Shown: in pieces, positions 18,491-27,083 of the stretch | Position numbering within the stretch: the first letter of the stretch is position 1 | Layout: every line of letters starts with the position of its first letter | From: Candidatus Peregrinibacteria bacterium | GTDB taxonomy: Bacteria; Patescibacteriota; Gracilibacteria; UBA1369; JABINC01 | Length of the DNA: 64,000 nucleotides | NCBI GenBank assembly: GCA_030700255.1 | Contig: JAUYJN010000029.1 | Span: forward strand, 6,589-70,588 | Reading direction: 5' to 3' | Position numbers and translations under genes: made by a program | Notes under the pieces: generated by a model | What the model was told of the DNA's origin: nothing | Seen by the model: only the letters and a program-made list of their open reading frames with translations | Databases searched by the model: none

Positions 18491-21400
18491 ATGAGATCAA
18501 AAAATGAACAAGCTGAATCGGGGCAAGGCATAGATAATACACCTATTGATACTATAGTGCCTGCGAATGGCCATGTCGATATGGCGGTAGATCCAATGGC
18601 GGAACTAGAAGCTCTTGATCGTGATGTAAAGAAATCTGATGAAAGGGTTGCGGCATGGTATGATTTTCTTGTGCCTGACAATTCAGCACTTCCAAAATCA
18701 ATTGAGAAGAAAATAGATGCAGCTTTACCACCTTCGATAGTGTTGGAAAATATATATGCCCCAGAGATGTTAGCAGACAAAGATGCTTTGAAAGCTTCCT
18801 CCGTAGGTTTGAAGGACGCTGCTAGGGTAAGCCAAAAATCAAGTTATTCGCAGTTTGAGACTTATAAGAACCCGCAGACAATTATTGAGAGACTTGGGCA
18901 GGAGCGATTATCTTTTATTAAATATTTAAGTGAGACATCTGGTATACCTGCCGCAGTAATTGCCTCAATTATGGTGATAGAATCAGGCGGTAATCCTAAC
19001 CTAATGTCATATGGAGGTGCCGCTGGTAGGTTTCAACATGTCAAAGCAACGGCACGTTCTATGAAAGTTGGTGGTGGAAGAGAGGTAGTAACGTATAGAG
19101 CGGGGGAGGTTGATGACAAAAGGAAGGTTGTGCAAGTAGGATCCAAAGATTATACGATAGGCAGGGAGGGTGATTATAAAGATTCAGAGGGGAAGTATTA
19201 TCCGGTAGAAGATGGGCGGTTTGGATTTGAGCATTGGGCAGGGACGGTGAATATACTTTATGGATGTTATAAAGCCGCAGGGGACTCATGGTTAGAAGCT
19301 CCTCGACATTACCATGGTGACGAAGGCCCTGTTGAAAGATATATTGCACAATTTGCATATGTTGTACAAGGAGCATCAGATATTAATTGGAGCTTACTTC
19401 CGGCATACCAGCCTAAGCATGAAGTTCACGAAGTTAAAGAACCAATTAATTTATATGATCTTTTGTATTCAGATGAAGAATATTCTATATTAGATTTCGT
19501 AGATGATTCGGATCCAAATGCCTCACTTAATAACCAATTAAGTTTATTCAGAGTGCCATTAGGGGCTTTAAGTTCTGATTTGAAAATTCCAGAAGATAAT
19601 GTGAATAAATATTTTTTATCCAGAAAGTTAGAAAAACGTTTGATTTTATCAGATCATTGGGTTGGTTACGACGATTCATCTTTTTTTGAAATAATAGTTG
19701 GTAACGAAAAAGGTCCAACAGGTTTTTACCATCAGGCTAAAAATGGTGTTGGTGCGACTGATGTATATACGAAAAATTCAGATGGCACTGTAACAATTAA
19801 CCGCGACGCATTTAGATATGATCAGGCAGATATAGATGCATGGAGGGGAGTTGGTGACTTCTACGATGAAGAAACTTCAGTTGATCCGGAGTTCACATGG
19901 CAAAGACGTGGAGTGAATCATCCACCAACAATCGATGACCTTCGACGTTCGGGAATATCTTTTCGAGAGATTATTCAGTTAAATCCTGATGTGTTTGGCG
20001 TAGGACAGGGCGGGGTAACCACTATGGATCCGGCTATAAAGCGATATTTGCAAACAACATATTTAAGACCCGGATATTTATTGGAAATTAAAGTTGGTAA
20101 AGCCAAAGGGACAAAAGGTGGGACGGAAAAGATGGAGCAAGCAAAGAAAGGTCCAACGGAGGGAGAGATATTAGCCGATCGAAATACAGATAGTGAGGTA
20201 AAGGGCTACATAGCAAAATCAATGTTTAAGAAAAAGAAAGAAGGAGATCGTGTGTATCATATGATAAGACTTGCATCAGAATTGAATTCATTCGTAATGA
20301 AATACCATATCGATTCAGCGACGAAAACTCTTTTGGAAGAAACTGTTGAATATTGTCGGAACCTTTCTAGCGATCAGGATTTACTTACAACTTTAGCTAG
20401 TAATCCATCATTAATGAGATCTTGGTTAGATCTTTTTTTATACAAAAATGTCGAAGAGATGATGAGTAGAAAAAGTGAGCTTACTGTTGATGAGGTTGAA
20501 TTTTTTATGATGACCGTTAAGGTTTACCAAGGGCTTATAGGTAATTACAAGTCAGCATTCAAATTACTTCCAAGTTTTTGGAAACAATATAAGCAGATGA
20601 TAGCTTGGCATGGTGAGCTTGTGAAAATTGAGGGAGATAAACAAGGTACGCAAGCGAAAATTGATGAAGCTAAAGCTGCTAAAAGGTATGCTGATATAGC
20701 TGCAATAAAATTACGTGAAAGTTATCGAGAGGCAAATGAGATAGTTGTAGTTCAAACCCTACTTAATGATGAAGATGTGAAAAAAGAAATTGGCTTATTG
20801 GAAACAAGAGAATTTGCAAATCAGGCACTTGTTAAAATACAAGAAGAACTGAAGAAATTCTCAGCTATTGGTCTATCAGCTTCTGTGAAGGAAATAGTAG
20901 AAGTGGGTGATGGGAGTCCAACAGGCGAAATCAGTATTCCCATTGAAATCACCGATCAAACATCAAAAACTGGTAAATCGATGATTGCAAAAGCAACTTT
21001 CAATAAAAAGAATGGGTTGAAGAAATTTGATTTGTACTCCATGGTTCCATCTGAAGGGTTTGACTTAGATTCAATGTATACGGAGCGGTACGATGAAGGG
21101 TCAAATGCACAATTGGAACGTATTGATGTTGAAAATATAAATGACATGTTATTTGGGTATTTGATGTATAGATTGGTGCATACTCCTGAGAAGAAAAAAC
21201 AATCTACGGAGAGTGGTTTAAGGGAAGGTATGGTGGAGTATGGAGGTAGTACAAAATATAAAATATTTACAACAGAATATAATTCAAGTGTGTACGTTGG
21301 TCTTATTAACCCCTCAACAATTACTACATTTAATTCTGAAGAATATGTAGGGGCATTCTATATTAATGTCTATGAATCTCTTGATGATGATGCGGAGATG

Positions 21401-21622
21401 GATGGTAATTTTATCACTTTGACAACAAAAAGATGGGAAGTAGTTGATGGCAAAATGGTAAGAGCTTCAGACGCTGAAGGGAAGCGATTGCCTGAAATTG
21501 TATTAGGGCGATTTAAATCGGTTGATGATTTAATAATGGCAATTAATAGTGCGAATATAATTGATGGATATTCCACTGAAAATAAAAAAGATTTTATAAA
21601 AAGGCCAATCGTAACTAAATAG
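18491..21622 (+). CDS. SLT-domain lytic transglycosylase fused to about 750 aa of unknown function (1043 aa), with no signal peptide
   Basis: GIPAAVIASIMVIESGGNPNLMSYGGAAGRFQH fits the family-1 SLT E-S ... G-(L/R)-(M/F)-Q pattern; catalytic Glu codon at 18980-18982. Confidence 0.8.
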   Translation: MRSKNEQAESGQGIDNTPIDTIVPANGHVDMAVDPMAELEALDRDVKKSDERVAAWYDFLVPDNSALPKSIEKKIDAALPPSIVLENIYAPEMLADKDALKASSVGLKDAARVSQKSSYSQFETYKNPQTIIERLGQERLSFIKYLSETSGIPAAVIASIMVIESGGNPNLMSYGGAAGRFQHVKATARSMKVGGGREVVTYRAGEVDDKRKVVQVGSKDYTIGREGDYKDSEGKYYPVEDGRFGFEHWAGTVNILYGCYKAAGDSWLEAPRHYHGDEGPVERYIAQFAYVVQGASDINWSLLPAYQPKHEVHEVKEPINLYDLLYSDEEYSILDFVDDSDPNASLNNQLSLFRVPLGALSSDLKIPEDNVNKYFLSRKLEKRLILSDHWVGYDDSSFFEIIVGNEKGPTGFYHQAKNGVGATDVYTKNSDGTVTINRDAFRYDQADIDAWRGVGDFYDEETSVDPEFTWQRRGVNHPPTIDDLRRSGISFREIIQLNPDVFGVGQGGVTTMDPAIKRYLQTTYLRPGYLLEIKVGKAKGTKGGTEKMEQAKKGPTEGEILADRNTDSEVKGYIAKSMFKKKKEGDRVYHMIRLASELNSFVMKYHIDSATKTLLEETVEYCRNLSSDQDLLTTLASNPSLMRSWLDLFLYKNVEEMMSRKSELTVDEVEFFMMTVKVYQGLIGNYKSAFKLLPSFWKQYKQMIAWHGELVKIEGDKQGTQAKIDEAKAAKRYADIAAIKLRESYREANEIVVVQTLLNDEDVKKEIGLLETREFANQALVKIQEELKKFSAIGLSASVKEIVEVGDGSPTGEISIPIEITDQTSKTGKSMIAKATFNKKNGLKKFDLYSMVPSEGFDLDSMYTERYDEGSNAQLERIDVENINDMLFGYLMYRLVHTPEKKKQSTESGLREGMVEYGGSTKYKIFTTEYNSSVYVGLINPSTITTFNSEEYVGAFYINVYESLDDDAEMDGNFITLTTKRWEVVDGKMVRASDAEGKRLPEIVLGRFKSVDDLIMAINSANIIDGYSTENKKDFIKRPIVTK

Positions 21623-21654
21623 AATTGGGTATCTCAAGGTATCTAACTATATAG

Positions 21655-22254
21655 TTAGCCTCTACCCTTATCCCCATCTCTGTCTTCATCAGCTGGTGGT
21701 TTTGGCTTTTCTTTCTTTTTGCCTTTCTTTGGATCTTCTTTCTTTGGATCTTCTTTCTTCAAAACATCACCCGGATAAAAACCATCTAAAAGATTCACAA
21801 CTGTACGTGCTTCATCTACATTCCTAATTTGTACATCAAGAGTATCAGATTTTGGGAAAAGACCATTCCACCAGTGCATAAATGCTTCTAGAGAAATTGA
21901 CAACGCATCCATCGGATTATTAAGGTTTATTTTAGGATCAATAGCTCCATTTATATCAAGTCTTCGCAGCTTTTGAATAACAGCCATGATATTTTCAGGG
22001 GTTGCTGAGTTCAAAAACAAAGCAATTTGTATGGTATTCGCATCTGTGATACGTGTTGTATCAATTGTTATATTTGGGACTTGATCAGTGAGTAAAGCTA
22101 GTCTATCTTCATTTAAATGAAGATCATTTCTAAATGCTTCTAACTCCATGATAGGGTCGATAGTCATGTCTACCGAATTATCAGAATTGTTTTGACCTTC
22201 TAACTCAGATGCCAACTCCATCCCTGTTTTGAATTGTTTATCTCCTTCTGACAT
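21655..22254 (-). CDS. hypothetical protein (199 aa) with a conserved N-terminal motif and a Lys-rich tail
   Basis: N-terminal VDMTIDPIMELEAFRNDLHLNEDRLA; C-terminal KKEDPKKEDPKKGKKKEKPKPP. Confidence 0.6.
   Translation of the reverse strand: MSEGDKQFKTGMELASELEGQNNSDNSVDMTIDPIMELEAFRNDLHLNEDRLALLTDQVPNITIDTTRITDANTIQIALFLNSATPENIMAVIQKLRRLDINGAIDPKINLNNPMDALSISLEAFMHWWNGLFPKSDTLDVQIRNVDEARTVVNLLDGFYPGDVLKKEDPKKEDPKKGKKKEKPKPPADEDRDGDKGRG
21727..21756 (-). repeat. perfect 2 x 15-bp tandem repeat (encodes KKEDP KKEDP)
   Basis: ctttggatcttcttt repeated head-to-tail on the plus strand. Confidence 0.9.
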
Positions 22255-22269
22255 ATTTGATATGTTAAT

Positions 22270-25200
22270 TTAAGGTAATGTATTCAAAGTAGTAATCAGC
22301 CGTGAACCAATAAGATTAGAATTCAAGTTGCGTACAAAAGCATTTTCCATATTTGTATTGAGTGTTTCTAATAGCACATCTCCAGCACCGGCAGTTCCCA
22401 AAGTATTCACTACACTTGGAGCAGTATTTGTTGCAATGAACTGATCAATATAAATTGCCGCCTCGCTTTTAAAATTATTGACACCACGTCGTGGATCAGG
22501 GAAAGCAAGAGCTCCCGCTAGTCCCGGTGGGTAAAGTCCGACAGCATCAAGCGTCCTCCAAACTATGTCATAATGTTCGAAATCAAATACTCTAGCTAAA
22601 GATCCTCGTAATAGTGGCAATTCAAGGCTACCCCAACTGCCTTTGGTTGCATCATATTTACCAGCACTATCTAGGGGTAGGCTAGGTGGTGTTCCAGCTA
22701 TTAACCTTGTGTCTAAAGTCCCCCAATTATGATATTGGAAACCAAATGGCTGCCATTTGATTTTTGAAAGTAATGGGGCTGTAACGAGATCTGTATGTTG
22801 TAGCCACATGCGTTGCACATCATATACTGTATTAACAAAATCAAATCTCATTCGATCATTAGTATTGGCATTTATATATTCATCAAATGTTGGCCATTCA
22901 TAAGAGCCTTGCCCTAATGTTACGTCACCTCCGGAAGTTCGGATCGTATCACGACTAGGTTGCTGAGATTCATCGACAGTAATTGATCTTTCAAGGGACT
23001 GTACATCAGCTGTATCAATTTGGGCAAACATTCCCCCCATCTTGGCTTTATTAAAATGAGTTGTCATTTTCTCTACATAATAATGTAGGAATTTTTGTGC
23101 ATTTGCTTTATCAGTCGGGTTTCCATTGGTTAAAACATCCATAGCAGTACGACCGGTTCTATCTTTTTTTAATGCTTGTTTTTGAAATAAGTCCATCAAA
23201 TCTCTAAATGCTTCAGGTTCAAAATCATAAAATCTCTCCATACGTGATTTAAAATAGCTGTATTCAGCAATAAATTCATCTGGGTATCCCAAGGTTTCAA
23301 GTTCAAGTGCAAAATTATCAAATGTGCTGTTGTCGACCTCCTTATTAAGTGCGATGTCTCTTTGTACCTTTTCTTCAAATTTCGCTAATTCAATCAGCAC
23401 ATCATTTAGATTACTTAGTTGTGATTGACTCATATCTCCGCTTTCTATTTGTTGGATAAGTAAATCGCGACGTGTAGTAAGAAGATTTGTCCATTCCTCT
23501 TCACTTACAGAACCGCCATTTTTGAAATCTTTGAAGTATTTCCATGGGAATTTAAGTGGGAATAAATTTTTGAACCATCTTTCATTCATCTCACTCGCAA
23601 GACTTATCATGTTGTCAAACCTAGTATTTACAACATCAGTAAGTACATCTCTCCATGCATTCTCTTTTTCTGAAGTCGTATAACCTTTAACATCAAATGT
23701 GAATACTAACTCAGAATTAGCTCCGGCCCATCCGCTAGATGTGGAAGCTACCTTATCTCTAGATGCCGCATCACGTACTTCAATACCTTGTTGAGGTGTA
23801 CCTCCTGTAACATCAGTGAATTCACCTTTGAATGTAACAGTTCTACTAGTTCCACGTGTCACAATACCATTAATTGAAGTAGCTGTACCATCTTTGATTT
23901 GTGACCAGTTTTCTATTTCAATATCATCGGTTGCAAATGGAAAATGATAAGAACGCAATATCCATGATTTGAAATTATCCTTTTCTATTTTTTCAGTTAA
24001 TTTGGTTAGAGAACCAGCTGTATCAAGAGCTGCCTTCTCTTTATCCCAATATTTATCATTTTGATAAAATCTAATACCAAAGGTAGCCTTATCCAAAGGC
24101 CCATATGGTTTTATATATATATTATGGAAACTAGTAGGGATTGTTAGGGTATGTTTCATATCATCAGCATTAATCTCAATCGGCTTCGGCTCAACCTTAA
24201 ATCCTGGTACCATCCATTTCATCTCTGATTGATTCCATTCAAGTGTCTTTGAAGCTTGGTGATAGAAATCCTCCATAAGCTTCTTGTCCTCAGCATTGTC
24301 TTTTATCTGAGGCATAGTTTTGAGAGCAGTATCACGTACAAGCCCTTTTGCAAATCCCATGATTTCTTCAGGATTATTTTCACCAAAGTGGAAAATCTTT
24401 TCAGATCCATCTACATTATAAAATACAAAACCATCTATTCGCTCTCCAGGCTTGTAATCTTGTACCTTTGTACCATATAAAAATCTTACTTTTGTCATTA
24501 CTCCACCTGGAAGTGTGACGATATTTTCAGTTTTATTCGGCATTCCTATATCAAACCCATAGTCTGCACTAGGCAGGATTTCCCTCAAATAATTAACTAA
24601 TCTATATTTATTACCACCTATCCAATTACCTATATATCCATGCAATCTATCAATAACTTTACCTCCAAGTGAAGTAGCTCCATCAAATCCATGTCCAAAC
24701 ATATTTGCTAAATAATAAAAAGGTTGTTTCTGTGCACGCGAATCATTATTTACAGAAACCAAAAGTTTAGTTACCTCAAGCATAGTCATCCCAGCTAAAG
24801 CGACAATGCCTTTATCATTCTCATATTCATCGATAAATTTACCATATCTTCTGTCAAACATAGCCATGGCTTCATAAAACGCCTGATCATTATCCATTCC
24901 CTCTATAAGATTAGGATTCAGAACCCCAGGAATATTTAATTTTTTTGGTTTCGCACTAGACTTTTTAACTTGCTGGTATCTGTCCCACAATTCCATAAAA
25001 GGAATATCCTTGGTTACACCAATAAGTATCTCAAAATTCTCAATTTCTTTTTCATTTGTAGCATAATCAGAGAAAATTCTTCTTAGATTATCATCTAATC
25101 TATGTGCATCCATACTTGTTAATTTTTCTACTTCTTCAATTGGACTTTTTCCGGTTAAGGCTTTGACCCATAAATCACCTCCATACACTCCATAAATTCC

Positions 25201-26883
25201 AAGACCTCCATATATCATAGCCTTTCTAAAGGCTCCCATTTTCGGATTTTTACTTGTAAGAACCCATCCAAGTACGCCAATACCTGCAACAAGTGCGGCA
25301 ATACCTTTGTTTGGGTCTTTTGCAAAGGCAGTTTCAACACCATATCTTATCCTTCTAAGTTTTCCTTTTATTTGACGTCCAATATGCTGCCTTGGTCGCA
25401 TCTCTCGTCTTTCATCAACTGCTCCAAGTACAGATTCACCAAGTTGCATTTGAATACGTACTTTTTCTTGTAAAGTTTTAACTGTAAGTGCTATGTGTGC
25501 CAACTCATCGGCAGCTTGCATCAATTCAGCTTCAGTTGGCATGTTCTGCGCATGACCTTTTAAAACTTCATTTTGCATGAATTTAAGGTCAAATTTATTT
25601 GGATCATAGTTGGCTGCATTAAGCAAAGCTTGAGTAGTTAACCCTGTTCCATGGAAATTTTTATCTTGTAATTGCACAATAAGTCTTTGTTCTTGCGCCG
25701 AAAGGTTCTCAGATTGCACTGCCAATTGAAAAACACGCCTATCTATTGCTGCTAATCTGTCAGTAGATAGTCTAGTTTTATCTACAGGCCCACCATTATC
25801 AAAATATGGCTTTAATTCTTGTAAATATGTAAGTGCATCTTTAAGTTTTTGTTCGTCAGGTGTTAGAAATGCTTGAGCTTTGAGGCCTTCAAGTTCTCTG
25901 AATAGCCCTGATGTCATCCCACGAGGTGAATTAAAAAGAAGGCTATACACTTCAATCATATGTTCATCATTCGATGTATACGCTGTGATATTTGTTTCTA
26001 GAGTAGTCTTTCGTACAATAATGGCATCTAGCTCAGTTTGAATCGTTGGTTTGTCGGAAGCCTCTGCAGCGGTTAATTTGTCCTTTAATTCTTGTTCGCT
26101 TTTTAATACTGAACCCATCTCTGCCGTTGCATCACTTTTAGCTTGTTTTTTAGCTGTTAAAGCTTGGTATTCAGCTTTAAGAGTATCAAAAGTAGCTTGG
26201 CCATTGGTTGGATCTTTATCTAATAAGTAATCTTTGAGATCTTTTTTCTTTGTACCTCTAGATTCTTCAGTTCTATCATCATTTGCAGTAAAAGGACCAA
26301 CGATTTGTAGATCTCTAAGTGCGAAAAGTAATTCTTCTTTTTCCTTTTGTTCTAGTTCCGATCCAAGGAATTTTCCAGTAAGTGCCCCTGAGAATTCATC
26401 TTCAAGTTCTTTGAAAACTAGATTTAAGTCTTCCGTCATACGGCTACCATTCTGAATAAGCTTCAAGGTTCGAAGTAAAAGATTTTGGTAAGTGCTTAAC
26501 TCTGCTTCTCGTGACAGTTGTCTAACGAGGAATTGAGCAACATCTTTAGGATTCATAGCTTGCTTTGCAGAAAGCTTTTCATTGCCGGCCCAAGTAAGCA
26601 AGCCGTTATAGCTATAAGAAAAGTTTTTAGAACCAATTGATTCCCCATATTTGTCAGCAGCAGATTCTATAGAGCCACGATCTTGACCGTCCATATGAGA
26701 AATAGCTCTTCCACCTGGACTGTACGGAGTATGGTCATCATGTACTTCATTACCTGTGCCTGCAGCAAACCAAACCCTCTTCCCAAACTCTCTCTCAAAT
26801 TCAAAAGAGCCGGTATGAGATAGGCGGCCTGATCTATCGAAACCGTCTTCGAACGCCGAATTTTGGAATATTTTTGGTGTCAT
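22270..26883 (-). CDS. giant protein of unknown function (1537 aa) with a central glycine-zipper TM pair
   Basis: Uninterrupted 4.6-kb ORF; TM pair GIAALVAGIGVLGWVLTS / AMIYGGLGIYGVYGGDLWV at residues 527-573; helical N-terminal about 500 aa. Confidence 0.85.
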   Translation of the reverse strand: MTPKIFQNSAFEDGFDRSGRLSHTGSFEFEREFGKRVWFAAGTGNEVHDDHTPYSPGGRAISHMDGQDRGSIESAADKYGESIGSKNFSYSYNGLLTWAGNEKLSAKQAMNPKDVAQFLVRQLSREAELSTYQNLLLRTLKLIQNGSRMTEDLNLVFKELEDEFSGALTGKFLGSELEQKEKEELLFALRDLQIVGPFTANDDRTEESRGTKKKDLKDYLLDKDPTNGQATFDTLKAEYQALTAKKQAKSDATAEMGSVLKSEQELKDKLTAAEASDKPTIQTELDAIIVRKTTLETNITAYTSNDEHMIEVYSLLFNSPRGMTSGLFRELEGLKAQAFLTPDEQKLKDALTYLQELKPYFDNGGPVDKTRLSTDRLAAIDRRVFQLAVQSENLSAQEQRLIVQLQDKNFHGTGLTTQALLNAANYDPNKFDLKFMQNEVLKGHAQNMPTEAELMQAADELAHIALTVKTLQEKVRIQMQLGESVLGAVDERREMRPRQHIGRQIKGKLRRIRYGVETAFAKDPNKGIAALVAGIGVLGWVLTSKNPKMGAFRKAMIYGGLGIYGVYGGDLWVKALTGKSPIEEVEKLTSMDAHRLDDNLRRIFSDYATNEKEIENFEILIGVTKDIPFMELWDRYQQVKKSSAKPKKLNIPGVLNPNLIEGMDNDQAFYEAMAMFDRRYGKFIDEYENDKGIVALAGMTMLEVTKLLVSVNNDSRAQKQPFYYLANMFGHGFDGATSLGGKVIDRLHGYIGNWIGGNKYRLVNYLREILPSADYGFDIGMPNKTENIVTLPGGVMTKVRFLYGTKVQDYKPGERIDGFVFYNVDGSEKIFHFGENNPEEIMGFAKGLVRDTALKTMPQIKDNAEDKKLMEDFYHQASKTLEWNQSEMKWMVPGFKVEPKPIEINADDMKHTLTIPTSFHNIYIKPYGPLDKATFGIRFYQNDKYWDKEKAALDTAGSLTKLTEKIEKDNFKSWILRSYHFPFATDDIEIENWSQIKDGTATSINGIVTRGTSRTVTFKGEFTDVTGGTPQQGIEVRDAASRDKVASTSSGWAGANSELVFTFDVKGYTTSEKENAWRDVLTDVVNTRFDNMISLASEMNERWFKNLFPLKFPWKYFKDFKNGGSVSEEEWTNLLTTRRDLLIQQIESGDMSQSQLSNLNDVLIELAKFEEKVQRDIALNKEVDNSTFDNFALELETLGYPDEFIAEYSYFKSRMERFYDFEPEAFRDLMDLFQKQALKKDRTGRTAMDVLTNGNPTDKANAQKFLHYYVEKMTTHFNKAKMGGMFAQIDTADVQSLERSITVDESQQPSRDTIRTSGGDVTLGQGSYEWPTFDEYINANTNDRMRFDFVNTVYDVQRMWLQHTDLVTAPLLSKIKWQPFGFQYHNWGTLDTRLIAGTPPSLPLDSAGKYDATKGSWGSLELPLLRGSLARVFDFEHYDIVWRTLDAVGLYPPGLAGALAFPDPRRGVNNFKSEAAIYIDQFIATNTAPSVVNTLGTAGAGDVLLETLNTNMENAFVRNLNSNLIGSRLITTLNTLP

Positions 26884-26903
26884 GACCTTTTTTAAATCTT
26901 TAC

Positions 26904-26931
26904 ATTATACCGTAAAACAACCATCTGTTCA
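26904..26931 (-). promoter_or_regulatory. candidate promoter for the 1537-aa operon
   Basis: On the minus strand: TGAACA, 16-nt spacer, TATAAT (26909-26904), about 20 nt upstream of the ATG at 26883. Confidence 0.4.
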
Positions 26932-26935
26932 GTCA

Positions 26936-26959
26936 AAACTAGTGGACTAAACTAGTGGA
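26936..26959. repeat. tandem direct repeat aaactagtgga (13-bp period) in a divergent intergenic region
   Basis: aaactagtgga ct aaactagtgga; each unit contains the palindrome actagt. Confidence 0.8.
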
Positions 26960-27083
26960 ATATTGGTTAATATACTAAGGGTGATTTACAGGCGAGTTCG
27001 ATTTGGGTAGGCTACCTTCGTTGCAAATCTAAGTGAATTCATGCAAACTACGATTTAAATCAATAAAAATTAATTCAAAACAT

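Noticed and set aside
19922-20095. A LysM-like segment in the 1043-aa protein (TIDDLRRSGISFREIIQLNPDV...YLRPGYLLEI)
   Set aside because: It has the right general pattern, but an ~25-aa insertion breaks the canonical ~44-aa LysM spacing. I cannot support it without an HMM score.
11972-21622. Reading the 2069-aa protein plus the SLT protein as a prophage tape-measure and tail-lysin module
   Set aside because: Not adopted. I see no terminase, portal, capsid, tail tube or sheath, integrase or att-like repeats anywhere in or around the cluster, and 2069 aa with several TM segments is atypical. It remains a formal alternative and is listed under the cluster finding.
21623-21654. An expected bidirectional terminator between the convergent cluster operons
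   Set aside because: The 32-nt gap contains only a short direct repeat (ggtatct caa ggtatct) and no stem-loop, so no terminator is called. Convergent read-through is possible but untestable here.
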